From NCBI GenBank assembly GCA_041496385.1, contig JBGQEL010000006.1, positions 26,380 through 90,379 on the forward strand: a stretch of DNA of 64,000 nt. Reading direction: 5' to 3'. This DNA comes from Candidatus Methylomirabilia bacterium (GTDB lineage: Bacteria > Methylomirabilota > Methylomirabilia > Rokubacteriales > CSP1-6). The stretch's first letter is position 1, and every line of letters starts with the position of its first letter. Both the position numbers and the translations under genes were made by a program. Below, piece by piece: positions 20,671 to 30,588 of the stretch. Below the pieces are notes generated by a model. That model was not told where the DNA came from and ran no database searches. It was given only the letters and a program-made list of their open reading frames with translations.

Positions 20671-21636
20671 ATGACGACGACGCAAACGAAGGCGGCGACG
20701 CGTGTGACGTACCAGCTCGAGACGCTCTGGGACTACGACTACGAGCCGACGCACGACGAGCTCGAGACGCTCTACGAGACCGCCAAGAAGAACCAGTGGA
20801 ACGGCTCGACGGCCATCGACTGGAGCCGCCCGGTCGGCAAGGAAGGGCCGGTCCTGAACGTCCAGGTCGCCTTCGCCGGAACGAACTTCTTCAGCCGCCT
20901 GAACGCGGAGGAGCAGAAGGAGGTCGAGGTCCGGGTCTCCGCGTGGCGCCTCTCGCAGTTCCTCCACGGCGAGCAGGGCGCCCTGGTCGTCTGCGGCCAG
21001 CTCGTCAACTCCATCCCCGAGCTCGACGCCAAGCTCTACGCCGCCACGCAGGTCGTGGACGAGGGCCGGCACGTCGAGGTCTTCGAGCGCTACGTGAAGA
21101 AGCTCCACAAGATCTACCCGGTCGATCCGCTCCTCAAGGCCGTGCTCGACGAGATCCTGGCGACGAACCTCTGGGAGCTGAAGCTCCTGGGCATGCAGAT
21201 GATCGTCGAGGGGCTCGCGATCGCCGCCTTCAACCTCATGCGCAAGCAGACGGCCGACGCGACGCTCGGCCAGCTCCTCGACTACGTCCTGCAGGACGAG
21301 GGGCGGCACGTGAACTTCGGCTACTTCGCCCTGCGCCGCTCCATTCCCGTCATGGAGCCCTCGCGGCGCGAGTACCTCGAGGACTTCACCTTCAAGGTCT
21401 GCGATCTCATGTACGCGCGGGACGAGCGCACGGGCTTCCAGTCGATCAAGAACGTCTGGGAGGAGATGGGCTGGGACGGCGACAAGATCTGGCGCGACAC
21501 CATCGAGCACTCGCAGACGACGAAGGCGTTCAACAGCTTCCTGTTCCACGACAACCTGATGCCGCGCCTCCAGCGGCTGGGGCTGATCTCCTCGCGCATC
21601 GAGCCGCGCTATCGCGAGATCGGCCTGATCGCCTAG
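20671..21636 (+). CDS. Ferritin-like di-iron protein
   Basis: HGEQGA, DEGRH twice, VEGLA (paired E / ExxH ligands). Confidence 0.85.
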   Translation: MTTTQTKAATRVTYQLETLWDYDYEPTHDELETLYETAKKNQWNGSTAIDWSRPVGKEGPVLNVQVAFAGTNFFSRLNAEEQKEVEVRVSAWRLSQFLHGEQGALVVCGQLVNSIPELDAKLYAATQVVDEGRHVEVFERYVKKLHKIYPVDPLLKAVLDEILATNLWELKLLGMQMIVEGLAIAAFNLMRKQTADATLGQLLDYVLQDEGRHVNFGYFALRRSIPVMEPSRREYLEDFTFKVCDLMYARDERTGFQSIKNVWEEMGWDGDKIWRDTIEHSQTTKAFNSFLFHDNLMPRLQRLGLISSRIEPRYREIGLIA

Positions 21637-21644
21637 TCCCCCGC

Positions 21645-22436
21645 GTGCCGCTCCGCCCGCTCGCCCTCGCGTTGCTCGCGCTGCTGGCGGGCGCCTGCGC
21701 GTACCCCGTCGAGGGCGACTTCGCCGGGCGCGGCCTCGACCGCGTCCAGAGTCCCGCGACGACGATCGTCGTCATCCACAACCACGGCTTCTCGAGCGCC
21801 CAGGCGGGCACCTACCGGCCGCTGACGCCGCCCATCCTGCGTCTGGCCGCCGAGCGGAACGCCGACGTGGTCGTCTTCTCGCAGGTCCGCAACACCGCGA
21901 ACCTCACGGCGGCGGACCACGCGGCGTACATCGAGTCGGCGATCGCGTACTTCCACCGGGAGCGCGGCGTGCCGCTCGAGAACATCATCCTCGCGGGCCA
22001 GAGCTGCGGCGGCTGGGGCTCGCTCCAGGCGGCGGCGTTCACCTACCCGCAGCTCGGCGGCGTCATCGGCTTCGCGCCCACGTGCCACGGCAAGCTCCCC
22101 CACCCGACGGCCGTCCGCATCCGGCGCGAGATGGAGATCGCCCAGCTCGCGAGCCGCCTCCGCACGCCGGGCACCATCTTCCTGTACGAGGGCGACTCGT
22201 ACTACGACGTGGCGGAGTGGGACGCGTTCGCCGCGCGCGTGAACGGCGTGTCGGGGCTCCGCCTCGAGCGCGTCGAGCGCGCCCGGATCCTCGAGCTCTG
22301 CGCGCGCTGCGCGACCGACAGCCACGGCGCCTACTGGGACGCGCGGTTCGCCGAGGCGTTCTACGAGCGTCACGTGCAGGCGCTGATCGACCAGGTGCGC
22401 GCGCGGATCCGCGCGCGGACGGTGGCTAGCCCTTGA
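21645..22436 (+). CDS. Putative lipoprotein alpha/beta hydrolase
   Basis: Lipobox AGAC, HG oxyanion motif, GQSCGG nucleophile elbow. Confidence 0.7.
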   Translation: MPLRPLALALLALLAGACAYPVEGDFAGRGLDRVQSPATTIVVIHNHGFSSAQAGTYRPLTPPILRLAAERNADVVVFSQVRNTANLTAADHAAYIESAIAYFHRERGVPLENIILAGQSCGGWGSLQAAAFTYPQLGGVIGFAPTCHGKLPHPTAVRIRREMEIAQLASRLRTPGTIFLYEGDSYYDVAEWDAFAARVNGVSGLRLERVERARILELCARCATDSHGAYWDARFAEAFYERHVQALIDQVRARIRARTVASP

Positions 22437-24192
22437 GGTCGTCGGGGAGCTTCGGCAGCTCGCCGAGCGCCTTGGGGTCGACCGCGTAGATCGCGGGCAG
22501 GGCCTTGAGCTTCGCGTAGACCGTCTCGCCCTCGCGCCGGCCGACGAGGACCGTCGCGATCTCGCCGCCGTCGGCGCGCAGCAGGGTGGCCTCGAACGCG
22601 GGCGCGGCGAGGCCGTACTTCGCAGCCTCCTGGCTGCCGGGCGCGGCGATCGCCTTCCACTTGAGGCCGCGGAGCGTGTAGAGCAGGTTCTCGACGCTCC
22701 CGCCCTTCGTGGCGCCCGAGCCGCCCTCGACGAACTTCCACTCGAGGTCTCCGCTCCGCTCGAGGACGACCGTCGTCCCGCCCGCGCGCAACCGCAGGCG
22801 CCTGACCTCCTTGGGGTCGAGCCCCGGCAGGAAGGTCCGCTCGCGCAGATCCGTGACCGAGCGGGCGAGCTCGGTCACCGTCTTGCCGTCGACGAGCACC
22901 ACCGGTCCCCGGCCCGCGACGGCGGCGTAGGCGCTCGCCGCCCCGCCCCGCGTCTCCGGCGACGGCGCGAGCAGGACGGTCTTCGGCGCCGGCGCGCCCT
23001 CCTCGGTGAGCGTGACGCGCACGGTGGGACGGCCGAGATACCGGGGAATCGCGGCGGCGTCCTCGGAGAGGAAGCCCTGGGCGCGGAGCTCCCGCAGCTT
23101 GAAGAGGATCGCGCCGGCCTCGACCTGGTCGGCGGGCAGCGGCTCGGGCGCCGTGATCCGCCAGCGCGTCCCCTCGCGCGCGAGCGCCACCGCGCCCTTC
23201 GGGCTCTCCAGGTCGATGCGCGTGACCTTGTCGCGGTCGAACTCGACCACGAGCTTGTTGCGGAGCGCGCCGACGTTCTTCGGCACCGCCGCCCACGCCG
23301 CCTCCGGCAGCAGCAGCACCGACGACTCGCCGGGACGCATCGCGTACACGCCCTGCTTCGCCTTGTCCACGGCGCCCAGCAGCAGCTCCTTCGTGGCGCG
23401 GTCCTTGTCGCGGCCCGTGTGGATCGCCACCCGCACGGGCCGGTCGAGGCCGTAGGGCTGGAGCGACGGCGGCGACTCGGCGACGAAGTCCTTGACCTTC
23501 TGCGCCTGGAGCTTCTCGAGGAAGTCGCCGATCGTCTCGCCGTCGGCGGCGAGCGCCACCGGCTTCGTGAGCCTCCACTTGCCGTCCACCTGCTAGGCGG
23601 CGAGCGTCTCCTCGCGCGTCTGGATCTCCAGCGCCGACACGCTCCTGCCGTCGAACGCGAGCACCGTCTTGTCGCGGAAGTCGGCGAGCGGACGCGTCAC
23701 GTCGCGGAGCACGCCCTCCGAGAGGGCGACGACCGCGGCCTTCTGCGACTCGCGCGCGTAGACCCAGACGCCGGTGGGGCTCTTCGCCCCGAGGGCCACG
23801 CCGAGCTGCCGGCCGTCCTTCAGCGTGAGCGTCGCCTGGGCTTCGGGCTTGGCGAGCCCGAACTCCGCGACCTGTCCCGGGGTCGCGGCGATCTCCCGGT
23901 CCACGCGCGCCGTCGTGAGGCTCACCAGCGTCTCGTCGATCCGGGCGCGGTCGCCGCGCGCCTTGAGGGGCTCCACGATCTGCCAGCCGTCCCCCTCGCG
24001 CTTGAGCCGGATGACCTCGGCGCCGCGCCGGAGCTCGGCCTCCGTGACGTCCGACGCCTCCACGGTCCAGAGTCGCCCCTGCTGCGCGGAGGCCTTCTCG
24101 CGCTCGGGGCCGCCCCTGATCTCGTAGAGGTAGTAGAAGGCGCCGAGGCCGACGAGGACGACGGCCAGCACCGCGCTCGTCTGCCAGCGCAT
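22426..24192 (-). pseudogene. DUF4340 repeat protein interrupted by an in-frame TAG at 23593-23595
   Basis: Two ORFs in the same frame (..ETLAA*QVDGKW..); three repeats with W.I..P...AD and (F/Y)GL..P motifs. Confidence 0.8.
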
Positions 24193-24198
24193 GCGACG

Positions 24199-25722
24199 CT
24201 ACTTCGCGGCGCGGCGGCGGACGACGGCGACGATGCCGCCGGCGAGCACGAGCCCGGGCAGGACCACGACGGGCAGCAGGAAGACGAGCTGCGCCTGGTT
24301 GGCGTTGAAGAAGACCGGCGTCTGCTTGGCGTCCTTCGGGCGGACCGAGATCTGGTCCTCCTCCTCGGCGAGCCAGCTCACCGTGTTGAGGAAGAAGTCG
24401 CGGTTGCCCTGCAGGTTCAGGAACTGGTTGGACGCCAGGTTCGAGGTGCCGTAGACGACGAGCCGCGCCTTGTCCTTCGTGGCGACCGCGGCGACCGTGA
24501 GCGGGCCCTTCGGATCCTCGGGGTCGGGCTTCGCCTCGCCGCGCTGGAGCGCCTGGCGGTTGGTCTCGCCCCAGCTCTGCGGGCTGGTCCGCGCGAGCGG
24601 GTCGAAGGTCACGCCCTGGGGCTGCGGCTTGGCCTGGCTGATCGAGCGCGTCAGCGGAAAGAGCGTGGTGATGCCCGCCATGTCGCGCGTGATCGGGTGC
24701 CGCTCGTACTGCTGGACGATGGGCACCTCGGGCCCGATCCCGAAGAGCTGGCCGATCGGGTTGTTCTCGACGACGAGGTCGTTGTCGAGCACGAACCCGT
24801 ACTTCTCGAGATGCTTCCGGAGCCCCTCGTTCTGGAACGGGTTCACCATGACCAGGAGCTTGCCGCCGCGATTGACGTGGGCGTCGAGGGCGTCGAGCTC
24901 GGGCTGGAAGAGGTCGTTGCGCGGCCCGGGCAGGAGCACGACCGCGGCGTCCTCGGGCACCTTGCCCTCGCGCGCCAGCACCAGCGGCTTGACCTCGTAG
25001 TTGGCGCGCTCGAGCGCGCCCTTGGCCTCGCTGAAGCCCGGCCGCTCGGTGCTCGTGAGCTCGTGCTCGCCGTGCCCCTGCACGACGTAGACCGTGCGCT
25101 TGCCCGCGCGCGTCACCTTCACGAGGCCGTTCGTGAGCTTCTCCTCCTCGGCGTCGAGCACCTTCTCCGACTTCCCGCCGGACTCGAGCACGATCGTGCC
25201 GTAGCTCTCGATGCCGTACCGCTTGGCCAGGCCGGGCTCGCGGTCGGGATCCGCGGTCCGCCAGGTGAAGCGCCCACCCGCGTAGCGCGCGTACTGCTTG
25301 AAGAGGTCCTCCGCGACGCGCTTGCCGGGCTGGTCGGTCCGGAAGAAGCCGACCGCGTTCACGTCGGTCTTGAGGCCGCGCAGCAGCTGGATGGTCTGCG
25401 ACGAGAGGCTGTAGCGCTTGGACTCGGTGAGGTCCCAGCGCCAGCTGTGGCGGTAGGACAGGGCCTGCACGATCGTCGTCACCCCGAGGACCAGCAGGAT
25501 CATGACCGCGGCGTTCAGGCCGTAGCGCGTCATGCGGGCACCGAAGAACGCGCCGAAGTTCTCGATGCGCCCCAGCAGCGACGCCGCGACGAGCAGGATG
25601 CCCCCGATGATCAGGAAGCCGCGATACTGCCCCCACTCGGGCCGGGCGAACGGCAGGATCGCCCCCGCGGCCAGCGCCGCGAGCCCGGCGTAGCCCGCCC
25701 AGTCGAGGATCTTGCGGATCAT
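24199..25722 (-). CDS. GldG-family ABC transporter auxiliary protein
   Basis: DLT....SLS, GHGE, GG.L, GN.DFFLN...WL, C-terminal TM helix. Confidence 0.85.
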   Translation of the reverse strand: MIRKILDWAGYAGLAALAAGAILPFARPEWGQYRGFLIIGGILLVAASLLGRIENFGAFFGARMTRYGLNAAVMILLVLGVTTIVQALSYRHSWRWDLTESKRYSLSSQTIQLLRGLKTDVNAVGFFRTDQPGKRVAEDLFKQYARYAGGRFTWRTADPDREPGLAKRYGIESYGTIVLESGGKSEKVLDAEEEKLTNGLVKVTRAGKRTVYVVQGHGEHELTSTERPGFSEAKGALERANYEVKPLVLAREGKVPEDAAVVLLPGPRNDLFQPELDALDAHVNRGGKLLVMVNPFQNEGLRKHLEKYGFVLDNDLVVENNPIGQLFGIGPEVPIVQQYERHPITRDMAGITTLFPLTRSISQAKPQPQGVTFDPLARTSPQSWGETNRQALQRGEAKPDPEDPKGPLTVAAVATKDKARLVVYGTSNLASNQFLNLQGNRDFFLNTVSWLAEEEDQISVRPKDAKQTPVFFNANQAQLVFLLPVVVLPGLVLAGGIVAVVRRRAAK

Positions 25723-26486
25723 CCCTTCCACCGCCGCGCCTCGAGGGTGCGGAGCGTCAGGAAGAGCGCGAGCGCGATGAAGTTCACGTAGTAGAGGAGG
25801 TCCTTCGTGTCGAGGACGCCCTTGGCGAAGTTCTCGTTGTGCTCCAGGATCGAGAGGTGCTGGAGCACCTTGCCGCCCCAGCCGCCGAGGGAATCCGCCT
25901 GCCAGCCGATGATCCAGAGGATCAGCAGGATCCCGAAGGTCGTGATCGAGGCGATGATCTGGTTGTCGGTGATCGACGAGGCGAAGATGCCGACCGCGAT
26001 GAACGTGCCGCCCATCAGCAGGAGCCCCAGGTAGCCCGTCACGAGCGGCCCCCACTCGAGCCGCGCGAACCAGGCGACCATCGCCGGATAGAGAAGCGTA
26101 CAGGCCAGCATGATCGCGTAGAGCGCCACCGCGGACAGGTACTTGGCGATCAGCACCGCGCCGTCGCGGACCGGGTAGGTCAGCAGCAGCTCGATCGTCC
26201 CCGAGCGGCGCTCCTCGGCGAAGAGCCGCATCGTGACCAGCGGCATCAGGAGCAGCAGGATGACGCTGACGTTCGAGAACAGCGGCCGCAGCACGCTGTC
26301 GGTCACGTTCAGCTCGCGGGCCATCGAGGGGTTCATCGCCGACTGCATCGAGGCGAGCGCGAAGAAGGCGAAGATGTTGTAGAAGAAGTAGCCCGCGATC
26401 ACCAGGAAGACCGCGACGACCACCCAGGCCACGGGCGAGGAGAAGTAGAGCCGCATCTCCTTCTTGAAGATCGGCCACACCTTCAC
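25719..26486 (-). CDS. ABC-2 permease (GldF-like)
   Basis: KEM..YF.SP, TMRLFAEERRSGTIELLLT.P. Confidence 0.9.
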   Translation of the reverse strand: MKVWPIFKKEMRLYFSSPVAWVVVAVFLVIAGYFFYNIFAFFALASMQSAMNPSMARELNVTDSVLRPLFSNVSVILLLLMPLVTMRLFAEERRSGTIELLLTYPVRDGAVLIAKYLSAVALYAIMLACTLLYPAMVAWFARLEWGPLVTGYLGLLLMGGTFIAVGIFASSITDNQIIASITTFGILLILWIIGWQADSLGGWGGKVLQHLSILEHNENFAKGVLDTKDLLYYVNFIALALFLTLRTLEARRWKG

Positions 26487-27439
26487 GCCGCGCCCTCCGC
26501 GGCCGCCTGCTCGCCCGCGACGACCCGCATGAACACCTCTTCGAGCGTCGTCCCGACCCGGCGCAGCTCGAGCAGGGTCCAGCGCTGCTGCGCGGCGAGC
26601 TGGGAGATCTCGCCCCGCACGTCGCGCCCGCGCTCCGACTCGACCAGGTAGCGCCCCGCGCCGTCCGTCGCCGCGAGCTCCTGCACCCCCACGACGCCCG
26701 CGATCCGGCGCATGCCGTCGCGGACCGCGGCGGGCGGCCCCACGATCTCGACCTCCACGCGCGAGGTCGGGAAGAACTGCTCGACGAGCGTGTCGATCGG
26801 ACCCTGCGCGACGATCGCGCCCCGGTTGATGATGACGACCCCGGTGCACACCATCGAGACCTCGGGCAGGATGTGCGTCGACAGGATGACCGTGTGCTTG
26901 CCCGCGAAGGACTTGATGAGCGCCCGGATCTCGGTGATCTGCTGCGGGTCGAGCCCGATGGTCGGCTCGTCCAGGATCAGCACCTCGGGGTCGTTGATGA
27001 TCGCCTGCGCCAGCCCGACGCGCTGACGGTAGCCCTTCGAGAGCCGCCCGATCAGCCGGTTCTGGACGTCCGCGATGCGGCAGCGGTCCATCGCCTCGGC
27101 GACCCGCTTCCGGCGCTCGCCGCGGCCCACCCCCTTCACCTCGGCGACGAAGTCGAGGTACGGCGCCACGCGCATCTCGCCGTAGAGCGGCACGCTCTCG
27201 GGCAGGTAGCCGATGCGCTTGCGGACTTCCAGGGACTCGCGGAAGACGTCACGCCCGGCCACGCGCGCGGTGCCGCTCGAGGCGGGCATGAAACATGAGA
27301 GGATTCTCATCGTCGTGGACTTCCCCGCGCCGTTGGGCCCGAGAAAGCCCACGATCTCCCCCGGCGCGACGTCGAACGACACGTCGCGGATCGCGGTGAC
27401 GGGGCCGTAGTGCTTCGTCAGGTTCTTTACTTCGATCAT
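26483..27439 (-). CDS. ABC transporter ATP-binding protein (GldA-like)
   Basis: GPNGAGKST, LSKGY, LILDEPT, STH. Confidence 0.93.
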   Translation of the reverse strand: MIEVKNLTKHYGPVTAIRDVSFDVAPGEIVGFLGPNGAGKSTTMRILSCFMPASSGTARVAGRDVFRESLEVRKRIGYLPESVPLYGEMRVAPYLDFVAEVKGVGRGERRKRVAEAMDRCRIADVQNRLIGRLSKGYRQRVGLAQAIINDPEVLILDEPTIGLDPQQITEIRALIKSFAGKHTVILSTHILPEVSMVCTGVVIINRGAIVAQGPIDTLVEQFFPTSRVEVEIVGPPAAVRDGMRRIAGVVGVQELAATDGAGRYLVESERGRDVRGEISQLAAQQRWTLLELRRVGTTLEEVFMRVVAGEQAAAEGAA

Positions 27440-27473
27440 TCGAGGCCGAGTCCGGCTATGGAGTATACAACGG

Positions 27474-27878
27474 CTAGCCGACAGGAACGACCGGCATGAT
27501 CGCCTGGAGCCAGGGCGGGACGCCGATCATCTTGCTCGTGGCGGGGTCCCAGCAGGCGTGCTGCGTGGAGCCCGTCGCCACGGTCTCGCCGGCGCCGTTC
27601 AGGATCTCGTAGGCGAAGCGGAAGCTGGCGCGCTTGCGCTCGCTGACCCAGCAGCGGATCTCCAGGAGGTCGTCCAGGCGCGCGGGCCGGACGTAGCGCA
27701 CCAGCGCCTCGACGACCGGGAGGTGGACCTTCTGGTCCACCTCCGAGATCGGGATGCCCTGCTGGCGGAGAAACTCGACGCGGCCCACCTCGAAGTAGGT
27801 CAGGTAGTTGCCGTAGTAGGCGACCTTCATGCAGTCCGTGTCCTTGTAGCGGACGCGGATCGTCGTGGACGCGACCAT
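27474..27878 (-). CDS. Acyl-CoA thioesterase (YbgC/4HBT family)
   Basis: RVRY.DTD....YY.NYL.YFE.GR. Confidence 0.88.
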   Translation of the reverse strand: MVASTTIRVRYKDTDCMKVAYYGNYLTYFEVGRVEFLRQQGIPISEVDQKVHLPVVEALVRYVRPARLDDLLEIRCWVSERKRASFRFAYEILNGAGETVATGSTQHACWDPATSKMIGVPPWLQAIMPVVPVG

Positions 27879-27880
27879 CT

Positions 27881-28822
27881 CTAGAGGTACTGGCCGTAGC
27901 GGATCTTCTCGACCACCACGCGGACGCCCTTGTAGGCGTCGATCGCCTCGAGCAGGTTCTCGGTCGTCACGAGCGTGGCGGGCGCACCGGCGGCGGCCGC
28001 GTGCACCTTCGCCTCGAGGGCGCGCTTGACGATCACGGAGATGTCGGCCCCGCTCATGCCGCCCATCACGGGCAGCACCTTGCGATACTCGATCGGCTCG
28101 AACAGCGGGCGGCCCGCGTTCTTCTCGGTGCGGATCCGCACCAGCTCGAGGATCTCGCGCTGGCCGTCCGGATCGGGCAGCGCGACCTCGATCAGGTGGT
28201 CCAGGCGGCCCGGCGCCACGAGCGCCGGGTCGAGCGCGTCGGTCCGCGTCGTCGCGGCGACGACGAGGACGCGCGCGTCGGCCGCCACGGCGTCGAGCTT
28301 CTCGCAGAGCGCGGCGACCAGCCGCGCGCTCGCCTCGCGGGCCTGGGGCGGCGGTAGCAGGTGCTCGAGCGAGAGCGCCTCGGCCTCGTCCAGGAAGAGC
28401 ACGCCCTTCCCCTCGCCCATCGCGATACGGAGGATCTCCTGGAGGAGCTCGCCCGTGTTGGCGCCGAACTTCGAGGTGAGGTTCGTCAGCTTGAGGTGGT
28501 AGAAGATCGCGCCCGAGGCGGTCGCGAGCGCGTGCGCGAGCTTGGCCTTCCCGGTGCCCGGCGGTCCGTAGAGCAGGAGCCCCCTGGGCGGCGTGATCCC
28601 CCACCGCCCGAAGACGTCGGGGTCGGTGAGCGCGACGGCGAAGCCGCGCAGCGTGGCCTTGGCCTGCGGGACGCCGCCGATGTCGTCGAACGTGACCGTC
28701 GGCCGGATCTTCGTCTCGACGCGGCCGGTGAGGTCGCCGAACTTCTCGCCGAGCTTCACGAAGACGTCCTCCAGCCGCCGCTGGAGCGCCCACTCCTGGC
28801 TGTTGGGTTCGGGCTCGGCCAT
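27881..28822 (-). CDS. Single-domain classic-clade AAA protein with degenerate motifs
   Basis: TFDDIGG, GLLLYGPPGTGKA, LFLDE, DPAL..PGRLD, SGADI. Confidence 0.85.
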   Translation of the reverse strand: MAEPEPNSQEWALQRRLEDVFVKLGEKFGDLTGRVETKIRPTVTFDDIGGVPQAKATLRGFAVALTDPDVFGRWGITPPRGLLLYGPPGTGKAKLAHALATASGAIFYHLKLTNLTSKFGANTGELLQEILRIAMGEGKGVLFLDEAEALSLEHLLPPPQAREASARLVAALCEKLDAVAADARVLVVAATTRTDALDPALVAPGRLDHLIEVALPDPDGQREILELVRIRTEKNAGRPLFEPIEYRKVLPVMGGMSGADISVIVKRALEAKVHAAAAGAPATLVTTENLLEAIDAYKGVRVVVEKIRYGQYL

Positions 28823-28827
28823 CGGCG

Positions 28828-29367
28828 TCAGATGGACGGGCCGCGAGGCGACCGCGGGCTCCCGCCCAGATCGAAGACGCGGTCCTCGACGAGCACCGGC
28901 GCCTTGGCGCGGATCGCCAGCGCGATCGCGTCCGAGGGCCGCGAGTCGAGCTGCAGCTCGGTGCCGCCCGCCGTGAGGTAGACCGTTGCATAATAGACGT
29001 CGTCGCGGAAGTCGTTGATGACGACGCGGTTGAGCGTCACCTTGAGGCGACCGAAGAGCGTCAGGAAGAGATCGTGCGTGAGCGGCCGGGGCGGCGTCAC
29101 GCCCTGGAGCGGGATCGCGATGCCGACCATCTCCGGGAGCCCGATCACCATCTGGAGGCTGCGCCGATCGCGCTTGCCCTGGAGCACCACCACGGGCTGC
29201 TGCGTGAGCTGGTCGAGCACGACGGCGACGACCTCGACCTCCTGCGGTCCCGCCGCCTTCGGCGGCGTCACCTCGGCGCCGCCGGGCGCCAGGTGCGCGG
29301 GCTCGGGCGCGCCGAGCAGCACCGCGCCCAGGAGCGCGATCGAGACGTAGCGAGCGTGTCGCGTCAT
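28828..29367 (-). CDS. Bifunctional nuclease family (DUF151) protein
   Basis: PRPLTHDL, DSRPSDAIALA. Confidence 0.9.
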   Translation of the reverse strand: MTRHARYVSIALLGAVLLGAPEPAHLAPGGAEVTPPKAAGPQEVEVVAVVLDQLTQQPVVVLQGKRDRRSLQMVIGLPEMVGIAIPLQGVTPPRPLTHDLFLTLFGRLKVTLNRVVINDFRDDVYYATVYLTAGGTELQLDSRPSDAIALAIRAKAPVLVEDRVFDLGGSPRSPRGPSI

Positions 29368-29405
29368 GCGGCGCCGCCTCCCCTCACGATGGGAGGGAGT
29401 CTAGC

Positions 29406-30575
29406 CTATTTCTCGTCGAGTTTCAGGGCGAGGGACGCGCCGAAGAAGAGAAGCGACGTGAGGAGCATCCACATGAACGCGTAACCGACCGCGTGCGTCA
29501 CGTAACCGAAGACGAACGCGCCCGTCGTCTGGCCGGCGAGGAACACCGCGCTGAAGATGCCGACCACGACGCCCCGCCGCGTCTCGGGCGTCCGGTCGGT
29601 GACGAGCGCGGCGAGGCCGGGATAGAGGAATCCGTGGCCGCCGCCGAGCATGAGCCCCGCGAGGAAGAGCACCGGCACGACGGGCGTCGCGGAGGTCCGG
29701 CTCACGAGGAAGCCGACCGCCGCGAGGAGCGTCGTCGCGGCCGCCTGGACGAACATCGACGGCACGATCACCGCGCGCCGGCCGTGCGTGTCCGAGAGGC
29801 GCCCGCCGAAGACGCGGACGCCGATCGCGGAGAGGGAGAACGCGGTGAAGAACACCGCGAGCGTCCGCACGCCCACCTCCTCGGCGAAGGTCGGCAGGAA
29901 GACGAAGATGGTGCCGGCCCCGAGGCCGAAGAAGAACGTCACGGCCATGCTGAGCTGGAACGCCTCGGCCAGCCCGCCACGCTCCCAGATGAACCCGCGC
30001 ACCGGCAGCGTCCCCTCGCGCCCGCGCTCGCGCAGGCCCCAGACGAAGAAGCCCGCGACGGCCATCATTGCCGCCGCCCCGGCGAAGAGCGGGCGGAAGC
30101 CGAAGTAGCGGATCGTCCACTCGCCGATGAGCGGCGCCACCGCGGTGCCGACGAGCCCCGCGACGCCGTAGATGCCGAGCGCCCAGCCCCGCTGCGCCTG
30201 CGGCACGAGGTCGATCACGTAGGAGTAGTTCGCGACGAAGAAGCAGGAGAAGCCGAGTCCCTGGAGCACGCGGACGAAGGCGAGCAGGCCGATCGAGGGC
30301 GCCACCGTCGCCAGGATCGCCGCCGCGAGGGCGAGCGCGGCGCCGGCCAGCATGAAGGGCCGGCGGCCGAGCGCGTCGACCCACGGGCCGATGAGCGGCT
30401 GGCAAAGAATGCCGACCGCGTTGTAGACGCCCATGACCATGCCGACCTCGACCTCCGTGCCGCCGAGATTCTTGATGTAGAGCGGCAGGAGGAGGAAGCC
30501 GTTCATGCCGAGGAAGAAGAAGAAGTTGGTGACCGTCGCCCGAACGAAGAGATTGTCGTTTAGAATGGACGGCAC
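29406..30575 (-). CDS. MFS transporter
   Basis: G..VD.LGRR and GRLSD..GRR motif A; about 12 TM segments. Confidence 0.9.
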   Translation of the reverse strand: MPSILNDNLFVRATVTNFFFFLGMNGFLLLPLYIKNLGGTEVEVGMVMGVYNAVGILCQPLIGPWVDALGRRPFMLAGAALALAAAILATVAPSIGLLAFVRVLQGLGFSCFFVANYSYVIDLVPQAQRGWALGIYGVAGLVGTAVAPLIGEWTIRYFGFRPLFAGAAAMMAVAGFFVWGLRERGREGTLPVRGFIWERGGLAEAFQLSMAVTFFFGLGAGTIFVFLPTFAEEVGVRTLAVFFTAFSLSAIGVRVFGGRLSDTHGRRAVIVPSMFVQAAATTLLAAVGFLVSRTSATPVVPVLFLAGLMLGGGHGFLYPGLAALVTDRTPETRRGVVVGIFSAVFLAGQTTGAFVFGYVTHAVGYAFMWMLLTSLLFFGASLALKLDEK

Positions 30576-30588
30576 ACACGATTATTGC

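Noticed and set aside
23593..23595. Genome-wide TAG recoding
   Set aside because: TAG terminates many intact genes in this window at the expected positions
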